From: a virus
IMG/VR virus record: IMGVR_UViG_3300035665_003403
Span: 84,825 to 148,824 of that record
Strand: one strand, 5' to 3'
Length of the DNA stretch: 64,000 nt
The position numbers were made by a program, and so were the translations under genes. The notes under the pieces were generated by a model. It had not been told where the DNA came from and did not search any database. It saw only the letters and a program-made list of their open reading frames with translations. Shown here in pieces: positions 50,306 through 60,233 of the stretch; position 1 is the first letter of the stretch; every line of letters starts with the position of its first letter.

Positions 50306-51307
50306 ATGAAAAACAAAATAAAGGGTGGTAAAGCCGATAATCTTTCCGCTACATCAATAGCTAAAAAGTTTGGGGTTCCAGTTTCTAAGATAGAAAAGGA
50401 ATTAAAAACTGGTAAAAAGATTGAGATGGAACATACCAATGATTCATCCAAGGCTGAAGAAATAGCGTTAGACCATTTATCTGAAATTCCAGATTACTAT
50501 ACTAGATTAAATAAGATGGAGAAAGAAGGTGATAAAAAATGGAAGTTAAATGAAAATATCACATACACAAAACAACTGTTGCGTGAAAGACTGATGACAA
50601 AAGCTGATGATGATTTGTTGGAGATAAGTGATTTTGTTAACTTCGCTAAAGAATATTTAGGTATTACAGATGATATAAAAGTATTATTGGCATTCGAAAG
50701 AACACCAGATTTACAAACCACAGCTTATTATGATTTAAGTGGTATTATCAAAGTATATGTTAAAGATAGAGCTTGTATTGATATAATCCGCAGTTTGGGG
50801 CATGAATTAACGCATCACAAACAAAATTTGGATGGTAGACTCACTAATGTGGAGAAAGATGGTTCTGATGGCTCCGAAATCGAAAATGAGGCCAATGCTG
50901 TTGCTGGAAAACTTATAAGATTATGGGGTAAACAAAGACCTGAGATTTATGAGTCACTAAAAAGAAAATCAATTATAAAAGAAAACACTGAATTATTTTT
51001 CGAATCTGAAAAAGATAAAAGAATTAAATTATCAATATACGATGAAGATAAAAAATTGGGAACAATAGTCTTAGCTAGACCATTAAACCTAAATGATAAT
51101 GAAACTCTTGAGATTATTGATATCTACTTCAACAAGGGTACAATCCCAATGTTGGTTTGTAAAGAAGTTATTGTTGAGGTATTCAAATTGTTTCCAGATA
51201 CCTATAAATTATCTATTCACCCACCACAAGAATCAGTTGATTTTTGGATGAAAATGGGTGCCCATCAAGTTATGAACGGTCATTTAATGTTAATGCGAGG
51301 ACATTAA
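50306..51307 (+). CDS. Polyvalent protein: DUF5661-like + zincin (HELTH) + GNAT-like
   Basis: G.KIEMEH...A.EIALDHL.E.PDYYTRL; SLGHELTHHKQ...ENEANA.AG; FWMKMG. Confidence 0.7.
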   Translation: MKNKIKGGKADNLSATSIAKKFGVPVSKIEKELKTGKKIEMEHTNDSSKAEEIALDHLSEIPDYYTRLNKMEKEGDKKWKLNENITYTKQLLRERLMTKADDDLLEISDFVNFAKEYLGITDDIKVLLAFERTPDLQTTAYYDLSGIIKVYVKDRACIDIIRSLGHELTHHKQNLDGRLTNVEKDGSDGSEIENEANAVAGKLIRLWGKQRPEIYESLKRKSIIKENTELFFESEKDKRIKLSIYDEDKKLGTIVLARPLNLNDNETLEIIDIYFNKGTIPMLVCKEVIVEVFKLFPDTYKLSIHPPQESVDFWMKMGAHQVMNGHLMLMRGH

Positions 51308-51959
51308 TCTTGTTAACATAAGGGTGCTTATTAGGTTCACCACCTTTCTTAAGGTATTTCTGTAACCCACCAACTCCAGCATTATAAGCTATAAGAGTTT
51401 TTTCGATATCAAAATTATAATAAAAGGTATTGCTCATAATACCACCCCATAATGCTATATTATTTTTTTCGTTAGATAACCACTTTTTAGCTAGGTTTAA
51501 CCGTTCAGAGTAAGGAATACTATCATCAGTAAAGTTAATCGGTGTAACACCAAATTTAACCACTTTATTCCTAATCTTAGACGAGCTGGACAATACCCCA
51601 ACTGCGGTTGATGGTAGAATTTGACAAACTCCTATAGCACCACCACCGTTCAAAATATCCTTGCTTCTTTTATCGTAATGATTACCACCAGATTCAGTTA
51701 GAATTTGTGCAACGCACATAGTAATAACTTTCTCATTGGTATCCAAATTAAAATAAGATATAGCTTTAGTTATTTTATTTATTGTTGATGGGTTAATGTT
51801 TTTATCAAACTTTGTTGTCATGTTCCTGACTAGTTCATCAACACCAAGTATTGTCTCAATTTTACTCTCTAATCTATTTATTTTTGTTGAGAAAATAAAT
51901 GTAGTGGATAGCTGCATTAATAACAATAAAATAATCCCAATTTGTGTTTTATTTTTCAT
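51270..51959 (-). CDS. Lytic transglycosylase (SLT) with N-terminal TM
   Basis: LTESGG, AIGVCQI, AYNAG; start revised because a TATATTTG box lies at 51977-51984 (-). Confidence 0.85.
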   Translation of the reverse strand: MKNKTQIGIILLLLMQLSTTFIFSTKINRLESKIETILGVDELVRNMTTKFDKNINPSTINKITKAISYFNLDTNEKVITMCVAQILTESGGNHYDKRSKDILNGGGAIGVCQILPSTAVGVLSSSSKIRNKVVKFGVTPINFTDDSIPYSERLNLAKKWLSNEKNNIALWGGIMSNTFYYNFDIEKTLIAYNAGVGGLQKYLKKGGEPNKHPYVNKINVLALTLNDRS

Positions 51960-52013
51960 TGTGTTATTTATTTCCACAAATATACTAAATAAAATTCAAA
52001 TATTTTTAATAAA

Positions 52014-52712
52014 CTAATTAACACTTCTCCAAATATCACTCAATTTAGTGTATTTCGATACATCATTTACAACAAATTCATCACTACCACCATAATCACT
52101 ACCCCAAAATGATATTATATTTATACCTTTACTTTTAGCATAATACATTAATATTGGAATTAAAAAATCATTTTGTTTATTCATCGAATATTTTTTATAA
52201 TCATCACTAGAGTTAACAATAAAATCATACACAAAATTTATAATTTTTTTTTCAGAATAACCTAACCCATGCATTGCATCACTTAATTTATCCTCATTGA
52301 AATATGGGGAATAAATTTGTATTAATTTCTTTTTGAATAATCTTTCGTATTCATCATAATCAAAATATTTAGAAATTGAAGGAATTAATAATTTAGCAAA
52401 ATCTTCCCTTAATTTGTTAAATGTTGTATTATCAAAATACATCACCTTTTCATTTATTATAATCCCATCAACATAGTCACCATATTCTCTTGCGTGTCCT
52501 ATATAATCAGTCATAAACGAGTTATTAGTTAAATTATCACTTTCCGACATACCCCTATAAAGTATATTGTATGTCGATGTTAAAGAATCGCTTTTTGATA
52601 AAAAAGTATCATAATCATATTGTTTTGCCAAATCAACTAACTTAGAATAAGTATTTAATTTTCCATTTAAAGATTCTCTTAGTCTATTTGCTATAAATTT
52701 TCTTAATTCCAT
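52014..52712 (-). CDS. Putative ADP-ribosyltransferase-fold protein
   Basis: ILYRG...FMTDYIGHAREYG...DEFVV; N-terminal IANRLRE. Confidence 0.5.
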   Translation of the reverse strand: MELRKFIANRLRESLNGKLNTYSKLVDLAKQYDYDTFLSKSDSLTSTYNILYRGMSESDNLTNNSFMTDYIGHAREYGDYVDGIIINEKVMYFDNTTFNKLREDFAKLLIPSISKYFDYDEYERLFKKKLIQIYSPYFNEDKLSDAMHGLGYSEKKIINFVYDFIVNSSDDYKKYSMNKQNDFLIPILMYYAKSKGINIISFWGSDYGGSDEFVVNDVSKYTKLSDIWRSVN

Positions 52713-52731
52713 GTTGTTAAATAGTAAAAAA

Positions 52732-52767
52732 AAAATGATTAACCAGGTAATACCAGTTAATCATTTT
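52732..52767 (-). terminator. Hairpin/terminator
   Basis: AAAATGATTAAC...GTTAATCATTTT with adjacent A-run. Confidence 0.55.
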
Positions 52768-52790
52768 AACATTCTTAAAATCAGATTAAA

Positions 52791-52979
52791 TTACTTTTTG
52801 TTCTTTTTTTCTTCTAGTTCAATGATTCTACGTTCCAAAAGTGCTAATTTATCACCCTTGTTCGCTTGCTCATTTAACCATTCTTTCTTCTTTAAACCAA
52901 TTGATTTTTCAACTATTGAGTCGATTAAATCAACCAAAGCACTTTCTTTGATTTTAACTACTTTTTTTGTGTTTGACAT
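52791..52979 (-). CDS. Small late protein
   Basis: KKVVKIKESALVDLIDSIVE; TATTTAT 53013-53019 (-). Confidence 0.7.
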   Translation of the reverse strand: MSNTKKVVKIKESALVDLIDSIVEKSIGLKKKEWLNEQANKGDKLALLERRIIELEEKKNKK

Positions 52980-53038
52980 GTCTTTTATTTTTATTAGCTA
53001 ATTATCTTATTAATAAATATAAGGCATATCATCAAAAG

Positions 53039-53182
53039 TTAATCAACATCATAAATTTTTAACAAATCCCATTCTGATATTTGTTTCATAGCAGCAAAAA
53101 AGCTTATGGCCTCATCTAACGAATTTAATTTCTTAGATGAGATTACCTCACCATCCTTTGTTTTTAAATAGAATGTTTTCAT
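53039..53182 (-). CDS. 47-aa hypothetical protein (not in ORF track)
   Basis: MKTFYLKTKDGEVISSKKLNSLDEAISFFAAMKQISEWDLLKIYDVD*. Confidence 0.6.
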   Translation of the reverse strand: MKTFYLKTKDGEVISSKKLNSLDEAISFFAAMKQISEWDLLKIYDVD

Positions 53183-53197
53183 TTTTAATAGTTTTAA

Positions 53198-53707
53198 TTA
53201 ACATAATTTATCCGCTGAAGACATTGCTGCCAAGCTATTTGGTTTTACTTCAAAATCATAACCCATACCCAATATATAACCAACAGCTTGATTCATTGCT
53301 GAATTGCTACCTTCTTTTGGGTCTGGATTAATATCCGCATGTATTGACATCTTAAAACCATATTGGTCCATAACGTCAGATAGTTCATATGCTGCTTCAA
53401 TTGATTTAGTAACCTCAACCAACATTCTTTCATTAACATTTTCAGCTTTTGTTTTATAAAAGGATTGTTTACTTTTTCTATGAATTACCATAGCACCTCT
53501 ACCAACAATAACACCACCACCTAAATCCTCACAGGTGGTTATCATTATTACTGTGGCAAATTGATAAGTTTTCATACCACATTTAGCTGAATCAGTACCA
53601 ACAGCCACTTTTAAAAAGTAACCCTTATCCATTTCCTCATCAAATAACTTTGATAAGTATTCATTTATAGGTTCTTTAATTTCTTTATCATTTCTATACC
53701 AATTCAT
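53198..53707 (-). CDS. RNase H-like YkuK family protein
   Basis: VGTDS, FATVI, ERMLVEV..S, IHADIN, KP.S.AA.S.AD. Confidence 0.88.
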   Translation of the reverse strand: MNWYRNDKEIKEPINEYLSKLFDEEMDKGYFLKVAVGTDSAKCGMKTYQFATVIMITTCEDLGGGVIVGRGAMVIHRKSKQSFYKTKAENVNERMLVEVTKSIEAAYELSDVMDQYGFKMSIHADINPDPKEGSNSAMNQAVGYILGMGYDFEVKPNSLAAMSSADKLC

Positions 53708-53718
53708 ATTTTATTGTT

Positions 53719-55230
53719 TTAGATTATTTTTAAATTAACATTTGGTAGTTTATTTTTCAATTCATTAATTAAATTTTGTGGTGTATTATCAGATAAAATT
53801 AAATTTTCCAATGAACCACCGTTTGATTTATCTAATAAATGTATATCACTAGGCATTGAAGTTATCTTATTATTATATAAATTCAAAAAAAATAATTTTT
53901 TAAGTTTACCAATACCATCTGGAAGTTCACTAATCTTATTTTCAACAAGAGAAATTAATTCCAACTCATCACATTCATATAATTTTTTACTTATTTTATT
54001 GATGCTATTTTTTATACAAACTAATTGTTGAATGTTTTTGAATCTAGAAATATTATCTGGTATTGATGATAAAGGTATATTATCATCTAATAAAAGTAAT
54101 TCTGTGGAATCTGTATTTAAAGTTTCGAAAAATAAATCAGCTCTACCAAATTTAACTAAGTATTTTAAATAGTTGTTATTTGATGGACTTTTCGAATTAT
54201 GTAATTTAGCCAACCCAATTAAGGTGTTCTCAAAAAATAACCTTAAATTGGTATTATCAGTCAATACCGTTTTATAAAAATCAACACTAACGTTATCTTT
54301 ATTATGTAATTGATTAGTTTCGAAGTGTAATTGATATAACTCATTTGAGTTAATCTCATTTAAATAATCATATGAAACTACAATAAATAATTTACTAGAT
54401 GTGTTGTTTGATAACCTATTATTTTCAGTATAGGTATTAAAATTACTATTCCCAGGTTTAGCTGTACACCAATCAACATGACCAAAAAATATAACACTAG
54501 CATTAATGGTTAAAGGTACATATACAACCCATTTCCCATCATCAAATAAAATTTCAGCATCACCTTTTAACGCAAATGATTCCATTTGTAATTGTAATTT
54601 ATTTTTACTCTTAACAACAAATGGTAAAACAGCTATAAATAATTCACTCAAAGATTTATATTGATTGATATCACTAGGGTGTTTTATATGCTTAAGTTTT
54701 GGGTCTTTTTTAACTAATTCAGAAAACCTATCTTTGTATTTATTTTGTTCAAATAGTTTTAAATTATCACTAACGAAAATAACATCTTCTTCGATAAACC
54801 TAAAAGCTTCTTCATAAGTATGCTCTTTAGACTCATCTGGTTTAGAATGTCTATTATTAGGCTTAATAATATTAATATATAACCCAGTTAACCACTGAAC
54901 AAATTCTTTATTTTGAGTTGGGTCAGATGATACGATAATTTTAAATATCTCTAATGGAATACCATATTTAGTTTTGCCGTTATCGGTATACTTAATAGCG
55001 TATATTTTGTTATCTTCCTCACCAATATCCTTTTTACCTAAAAAATCACCAAACGAAATATCAACCATATCACCATAATGAAATGAATTTACTGTAAGTT
55101 TAAACTTAAAAGGTTTCCATCTTCCACAACACAGTTCTTCAACATCATTATAAAGTACTTTATAATCCAAAGATTCATCGTAAACATTAAATTTTTCTGC
55201 AATATATGCGATTCTATCCTCAACAGCCAT
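53719..55230 (-). CDS. Protein with WCT-motif domain and C-terminal leucine-rich repeats
   Basis: DPT.NK.FVQW, DINQY, WCTA, YQLHFET; LRRs (N.ISELPDGIGKLKKL..L.L.NN.I..MP); start revised by TACATTTG box at 55246-55253 (-). Confidence 0.75.
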   Translation of the reverse strand: MAVEDRIAYIAEKFNVYDESLDYKVLYNDVEELCCGRWKPFKFKLTVNSFHYGDMVDISFGDFLGKKDIGEEDNKIYAIKYTDNGKTKYGIPLEIFKIIVSSDPTQNKEFVQWLTGLYINIIKPNNRHSKPDESKEHTYEEAFRFIEEDVIFVSDNLKLFEQNKYKDRFSELVKKDPKLKHIKHPSDINQYKSLSELFIAVLPFVVKSKNKLQLQMESFALKGDAEILFDDGKWVVYVPLTINASVIFFGHVDWCTAKPGNSNFNTYTENNRLSNNTSSKLFIVVSYDYLNEINSNELYQLHFETNQLHNKDNVSVDFYKTVLTDNTNLRLFFENTLIGLAKLHNSKSPSNNNYLKYLVKFGRADLFFETLNTDSTELLLLDDNIPLSSIPDNISRFKNIQQLVCIKNSINKISKKLYECDELELISLVENKISELPDGIGKLKKLFFLNLYNNKITSMPSDIHLLDKSNGGSLENLILSDNTPQNLINELKNKLPNVNLKII

Positions 55231-55316
55231 AGTGTAATTTTTGTACAAATGTACTAATTATTTTAAAGAAAAAACACATTTTATTTAAATTTTCTAATTT
55301 TTCTATATATTTATAT

Positions 55317-56471
55317 ATGATGCTAAAGACTTTTAAATATAAACTTAACCCTAATAAGGAACAAATTGTTCTTATTAATAAGCATATTGGTGCTTGTAGA
55401 TTTATTTATAATTTGGCTTTGGAAACAAAGCAAATGGCTTATACTGGAAACAAAACAAATATATCTTGTTTTGAGTTACATTCACAATTAACTGATTTGA
55501 AAGGTGAACTACCTTGGTTAAAAGAACTTAATTCACAATCATTACAACAAGCGATTACTAACTTAGATAAAGGATATACGGCTTTTTTTAAAGGTCAAAA
55601 TTCATTTCCAAAATTCAAAAAGAAATCAAACTGTGGTAGCTTTAATATACCACAAAGGGTTGTGGTGGAAAATGGTAAACTTTTTATACCTAAATTCACA
55701 AAGAAAAATGGTATAGATATCATATTACATAGACCACTTAAGGGTGAAATAAGACAAGCCACAATAAGTAGAACATCCACTGGTAAATACTTTGTAAGTA
55801 TTCTTTGTGAGACTGGTGAACAAAACAAATCTAAACCTAAAGTAAAAGAAGAAACAACAATTGGTATAGATTTAGGACTTAAGACATTTATTGTTTCATC
55901 TGATGGGAAAGAGTATGATAACCCTAAATTTTTTCGAAAAGCACAATCCAAACTAAAATACATACAAAGTAAATATTCAAAACATAAAGGAAAGAGAACT
56001 AAACATAAGTTAGTAAAATTACATGAAAAAGTAGCCAACCAACGAAAAGACTTTTTAAATAAAGTTTCTACTGAATTGATAAGAGATAACCAATCTATCG
56101 CAATAGAAACATTACAAGTATCTAATATCTTAAAAAATCACAAATTAGCCCAAGCAATACAAGATGCTGGTTGGGGTATGTTTATAACCATGTTGGAATA
56201 CAAAGCAGAATGGTATGGAACAAATATACTTAAAATTGGTACATTTGAACCATCAAGCAAGACTTGTTCATGTTGTGGAAAAATTAATAAAGAACTGACT
56301 CTATCAGATAGAGAATGGACTTGTGTTAAATGTAATACAAAGCATGATAGAGATATCAACGCTGCCATTAATATAAAGAATTTCAGTTTAAGAAATATCT
56401 TGTCAGGAACTGACAGGAAAAATCATGACGAACTACCCACGTTAGTGGGAGTGTTGACTCATGAAGCCTAA
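55317..56471 (+). CDS. tnpB: TnpB RNA-guided endonuclease (IS200/IS605 family)
   Basis: N-terminal HTH, IGIDLGL, IAIETL, SSKTCSCCG...CVKC, HDRDINAA; RuvC D-E-D intact. Confidence 0.95.
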   Translation: MMLKTFKYKLNPNKEQIVLINKHIGACRFIYNLALETKQMAYTGNKTNISCFELHSQLTDLKGELPWLKELNSQSLQQAITNLDKGYTAFFKGQNSFPKFKKKSNCGSFNIPQRVVVENGKLFIPKFTKKNGIDIILHRPLKGEIRQATISRTSTGKYFVSILCETGEQNKSKPKVKEETTIGIDLGLKTFIVSSDGKEYDNPKFFRKAQSKLKYIQSKYSKHKGKRTKHKLVKLHEKVANQRKDFLNKVSTELIRDNQSIAIETLQVSNILKNHKLAQAIQDAGWGMFITMLEYKAEWYGTNILKIGTFEPSSKTCSCCGKINKELTLSDREWTCVKCNTKHDRDINAAINIKNFSLRNILSGTDRKNHDELPTLVGVLTHEA

Positions 56472-56503
56472 CTCATTGCCTTTGGCGATGGTGGGTAGTT
56501 CAC
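56400..56503 (+). ncRNA. TnpB omega-RNA scaffold / IS right end
   Basis: TGTCAG-GAA-CTGACA hairpin; GAACTACCCAC 56430-56440 pairs with GTGGGTAGTTC 56491-56501; CATTGCC-TTT-GGCGATG; ends TTCAC 56499-56503. Confidence 0.75.
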
Positions 56504-56835
56504 TAAAAAAAACGGTCATAAAAATCTTCTTCTATAAATTCTTTTAAACGATTGTTAAAAAGTGTTAAAAAATGACTTACATCATCTCTATTTGTTATAT
56601 CCAATAATACATGATTAATATCCTCCCCATCAGTTATCCTATATTTTAATTCAGTAAAATAATTACCCAAACCAAGGGTCAATAATTCTTCAATAATGAT
56701 ATTATAAACTTCCCACCTATCTTTTTTTTCTTCACTGACGTTCTGTAACATATCTTTTATTAGTTTTATATAATGCCTATCAAGTGTTTTAGTTCTACCT
56801 GGGCCTGATTTAAAAACAAAATTATAAGTTTCCAC
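56503..56835 (-). CDS. Hypothetical protein
   Basis: ELKYRITDGED; TATTTAT 56866-56872 (-). Confidence 0.65.
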   Translation of the reverse strand: METYNFVFKSGPGRTKTLDRHYIKLIKDMLQNVSEEKKDRWEVYNIIIEELLTLGLGNYFTELKYRITDGEDINHVLLDITNRDDVSHFLTLFNNRLKEFIEEDFYDRFF

Positions 56836-56872
56836 ATCATATCTATTATCTTACGTTATTTTATAATAAATA

Positions 56873-57922
56873 TCAAGTCATACATATAGATTGTATAGCT
56901 TTTATAACATCATTTACACTAGTTTGATTGTCAGGTGAGTAATTTACACTAGATAAATTATTCGCATTTAGTCTAGTCACATTGGTTGTAAATTCATGCC
57001 AATTAGGTGTTACATCACTAATCAATACCACATGTGTATCAAGACTCCAAGCTAACCAAGATAAACCACTACTAACACCAATATGAAACTTAGCATCCCT
57101 TAATAATAAAGCCCTATTCTCTAATGACTTATCACCACACATATTAATCACATTATTTAGTTGAGTTGGTTCCTTTGATATTGTCACCACTTTTAAACCA
57201 ATTAAATTTAAATAATCCACAATTTTTTGCCATTCAGATAGTTGACCCCATTGTTTTATTGGTGAACTAGCAAATTCAGAAATTGTAACATAATCATATT
57301 CTAATAATCTATTAATGTGTGAGAATTGAGGTTTAAGATTAACCTTAAGTTCACGCTTATCCAAACCTAATATTGAATAACCAAAAGCCTGTAAAGGATA
57401 ATACTTGGCATTTATTTGACAATAATATGGATTATCATCGTAGGTCGCACCAATATAATATTGACCAGAAATATTATCAATAAAGGTATTTGGCTTTACA
57501 AATAATATATTAGGATAAACCTTAATAAATAAATCATTAAAAAAAGTTGAACAAATCAAAGTACATTTATGTTTCAATCTGAATTCCTCAACATATGGAA
57601 TCCATGCTAAGGTATCCCCTAAAGCAACACTATCTATTTTTATAAAGAAAACTCCATTTGCTGTGTGATATTTAAAATCATTAATGTAAACCATAACACC
57701 TCTTGAATCATAAATTCTCACAATCCATTCAATATACCATTGAGGTAAGTTAGGTATTAATGTCTCATTAGTTTTACATTTATAATTTTCATTGTAAACC
57801 ATATCCCTGCTTTGTATATTCACAATATACTCATCAATGGTTTTACCAAATATTCTAACCCTAGGCGCATTACCAACTGTGGGTAACGTAGTTACATAAT
57901 CAACCTCAAATTTATTTTCCAT
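56873..57922 (-). CDS. Aah/TibC-like protein O-heptosyltransferase (GT9-related)
   Basis: DSVALGDTLAWIPYVEEFRLKHKC...STF; K.W....WQ.IVD; IGVSSGLSWLAW. Confidence 0.8.
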   Translation of the reverse strand: MENKFEVDYVTTLPTVGNAPRVRIFGKTIDEYIVNIQSRDMVYNENYKCKTNETLIPNLPQWYIEWIVRIYDSRGVMVYINDFKYHTANGVFFIKIDSVALGDTLAWIPYVEEFRLKHKCTLICSTFFNDLFIKVYPNILFVKPNTFIDNISGQYYIGATYDDNPYYCQINAKYYPLQAFGYSILGLDKRELKVNLKPQFSHINRLLEYDYVTISEFASSPIKQWGQLSEWQKIVDYLNLIGLKVVTISKEPTQLNNVINMCGDKSLENRALLLRDAKFHIGVSSGLSWLAWSLDTHVVLISDVTPNWHEFTTNVTRLNANNLSSVNYSPDNQTSVNDVIKAIQSICMT

Positions 57923-58258
57923 TTATGTCAATGAGACATTCCTAGTTAACATATCGTTTTTAATATCGCCATTAATCCAATCAATAATGACCTGTTTAAT
58001 GAAGTCTTTGTTTAACTTAAATTTATAAACCAAATACTCATATAACGCTTTTGGTGTTATCATTTCCCCATCAATCTTAACTTTAAGCATTGGTGATTCA
58101 AAATATTCACCACCATGTCTAACTAAACTCATCGTTGGTTCATAACTCTTATCCAAAAATTCTTTTAGTTGCTTGATTATAAAAGTTTGTGATTTACTTT
58201 CCAATAAAGTATTATTTAAATTCTCATACTGAGCTTCAGTAATCTTAATTCTAACCAT
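57923..58258 (-). CDS. Hypothetical late protein
   Basis: RIKITEAQY leader. Confidence 0.65.
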   Translation of the reverse strand: MVRIKITEAQYENLNNTLLESKSQTFIIKQLKEFLDKSYEPTMSLVRHGGEYFESPMLKVKIDGEMITPKALYEYLVYKFKLNKDFIKQVIIDWINGDIKNDMLTRNVSLT

Positions 58259-58569
58259 TATTTCAAATTATCAATTATGTCAATTAGTTGTGATTTACTT
58301 ATAAACCCATTTTTCCTCAATACCTCAATACCTTTGTTGTAAAAAATAGTTGTTGGAACACTTCTAATTCCCTTCTTAACACTAATTTCAGCCTCTTCAT
58401 CAACGTTTACACCACCAATAGCTATATCAACCATTTCATTAGATAACTCAGCTAATATAGGAGTTAATTGTTTACAAGGGCCACACCATTCTGCTTTAAA
58501 GGTAATTAATGTTACCGAATTATTATTTACTACATCATAGTAATTATTTTTTGTTATCTCTTTAATCAT
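58258..58569 (-). CDS. trxA: Thioredoxin
   Basis: WCGPCK, VNVD, IRSVPT. Confidence 0.93.
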   Translation of the reverse strand: MIKEITKNNYYDVVNNNSVTLITFKAEWCGPCKQLTPILAELSNEMVDIAIGGVNVDEEAEISVKKGIRSVPTTIFYNKGIEVLRKNGFISKSQLIDIIDNLK

Positions 58570-58609
58570 CAGTTTATTATTATTATACTTATAAATATTA
58601 AATATTAAT

Positions 58610-58819
58610 ATGGAAAATGAATTTAAACTTTTAAATTACATATACAATATTGATTCACCGACTTTTAAATTATTTTGTCAGGATAGAATTAGTTTAGATA
58701 TGTTTAAACATCAAGTTTTGATGTATGAAAATAGAACTGGATTTCAACCAGAAGATTTATTTATTTCTATGCTTATCAACTATAAAAATGCTCTAAATAT
58801 GAAGTCATTACCTCAATAG
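58610..58819 (+). CDS. Hypothetical protein
   Basis: ATG with A/T-rich leader. Confidence 0.45.
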   Translation: MENEFKLLNYIYNIDSPTFKLFCQDRISLDMFKHQVLMYENRTGFQPEDLFISMLINYKNALNMKSLPQ

Positions 58820-59013
58820 CTTCTTCAGTTTTTATGGCGAAAACATTTTCTAAAATAGTTACAATTTCAGTTAATAAAGGCAAATTAATGAAATTAGCAT
58901 TACGCTTTAATAAACCCTGTTTCATTAATTTCATTTGAATTACAAATTGCTCATCATGTTTATATTTTGATAAATGATTATGGATAATTAAAAAATAATA
59001 CTTAAAAATCATA

Positions 59014-59238
59014 TTGGAAAAACTAATATTAAAATTCATAAAATCTGTTTACCCTATAAAAAAAGTTAGAATTGGTAAGCATTTCGCTAGATGTATATTA
59101 ATTAATAATATACCAACTAAATTGACGGAAGATAAAGAGTTATACAATACCTTATACACAATTATAAATAAAAAATGTGAAATAGTATTTTGTAAAAACG
59201 ATGCAATACATAATGCAATAAAAACCCATTTAAAATAA
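59014..59238 (+). CDS. Hypothetical protein
   Basis: TTG start; YPIKKVR...F.R. Confidence 0.45.
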   Translation: MEKLILKFIKSVYPIKKVRIGKHFARCILINNIPTKLTEDKELYNTLYTIINKKCEIVFCKNDAIHNAIKTHLK

Positions 59239-59805
59239 TTACCAACTTTCTATTTTTTTAATTATTACTATGTTGAAGAATTTATAATTGTGACCCAACC
59301 CAGAACAAAATCCCTCATTTAATCTTAGTTCAACCACATCATTCTCATAATCAACAGTTCTACCAATTAATGGGACAGCACTACCACCAATGTATTGAGT
59401 ATTACCAAATGGATTCTCAATTATGGTAATGTGGTTAGCTGTAGTATTTAATCCGTAAATTCGAGTTGTATCATCATTTAATATAAACGTTCCGTAACCA
59501 GTTTGTTTCGGATAAAAAGAATAAGTTGTTTTATTTATTTCAATAATTTGTAAATCATAGTCAGCCACACCACAATAGTTCAAATCCGAACTATCTTTGT
59601 CAAGACCAAAATGGTTATAATATACAAAAGTACCTAATTCTAAATCTCGAACATACATTAACCCACCAATCACAACCCATTTACCTGAAATTGGTATTCC
59701 TGGTTTTTCATCATATTTTTCAAACTTATAATCATTTGATGGATATGGGTACTCCTTTTGACAAGCAACTGTCAGAATAACCAATAAAAACATTAAAATT
59801 CTCAT
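59239..59805 (-). CDS. Lipoprotein (lipocalin-like beta barrel)
   Basis: Signal MRILMFLLVILTVA-C; ISGKW motif; TATATTTG box 59837-59844 (-). Confidence 0.7.
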   Translation of the reverse strand: MRILMFLLVILTVACQKEYPYPSNDYKFEKYDEKPGIPISGKWVVIGGLMYVRDLELGTFVYYNHFGLDKDSSDLNYCGVADYDLQIIEINKTTYSFYPKQTGYGTFILNDDTTRIYGLNTTANHITIIENPFGNTQYIGGSAVPLIGRTVDYENDVVELRLNEGFCSGLGHNYKFFNIVIIKKIESW

Positions 59806-59848
59806 GTTAATTAATTTAAATTGTGATTAACAACCACAAATATACGAA

Positions 59849-60223
59849 TTAATTATCAATTAACTTTTGCAAATTCAATATTATTATCATTAATTTATTG
59901 ATTTTATCACTCAATATATCGTAAATTCTATCTATTTCTGGTACAGTATCCTTATAAGCATCTAAACCCATAGACCTATATAACATTTCATTATTACCCA
60001 TCAATTTCCTTTCAATACCATTAAGCATATTTTCATACTTATCTAAATCAAATGTTTTATTTAATATTTCACTTATTGTTGTTGACATAACCAAATTATT
60101 GATTCTATCCACAAATACAATTGATTCATTACAAAAATTTTTAAATTCAGTAAATTGCTCAGTATTTTCCATTATTGGTTGCAAATTATTTAATTGCTCT
60201 TCAGTTATAATAAGTTTTCTCAT
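59849..60223 (-). CDS. Hypothetical late protein (start revised)
   Basis: MRKLIITEEQL; TATTTAT 60228-60234 (-) lies 4 nt upstream. Confidence 0.65.
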   Translation of the reverse strand: MRKLIITEEQLNNLQPIMENTEQFTEFKNFCNESIVFVDRINNLVMSTTISEILNKTFDLDKYENMLNGIERKLMGNNEMLYRSMGLDAYKDTVPEIDRIYDILSDKINKLMIIILNLQKLIDN

Positions 60224-60233
60224 ACTTATAAAT

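Larger units (their letters stand above)
9028..59844. promoter_or_regulatory. Bacteroidota-type TAnnTTTG (-7) promoter boxes
   Basis: +: 9028, 20133, 47172. -: 24862, 47111, 51977, 55246, 59837. Each is just upstream of a non-structural gene. Confidence 0.7.

Noticed and set aside
56504-56523. Second target for the TnpB guide inside the window
   Set aside because: Only a short partial match near 9993 was noticed; not significant in A-rich DNA
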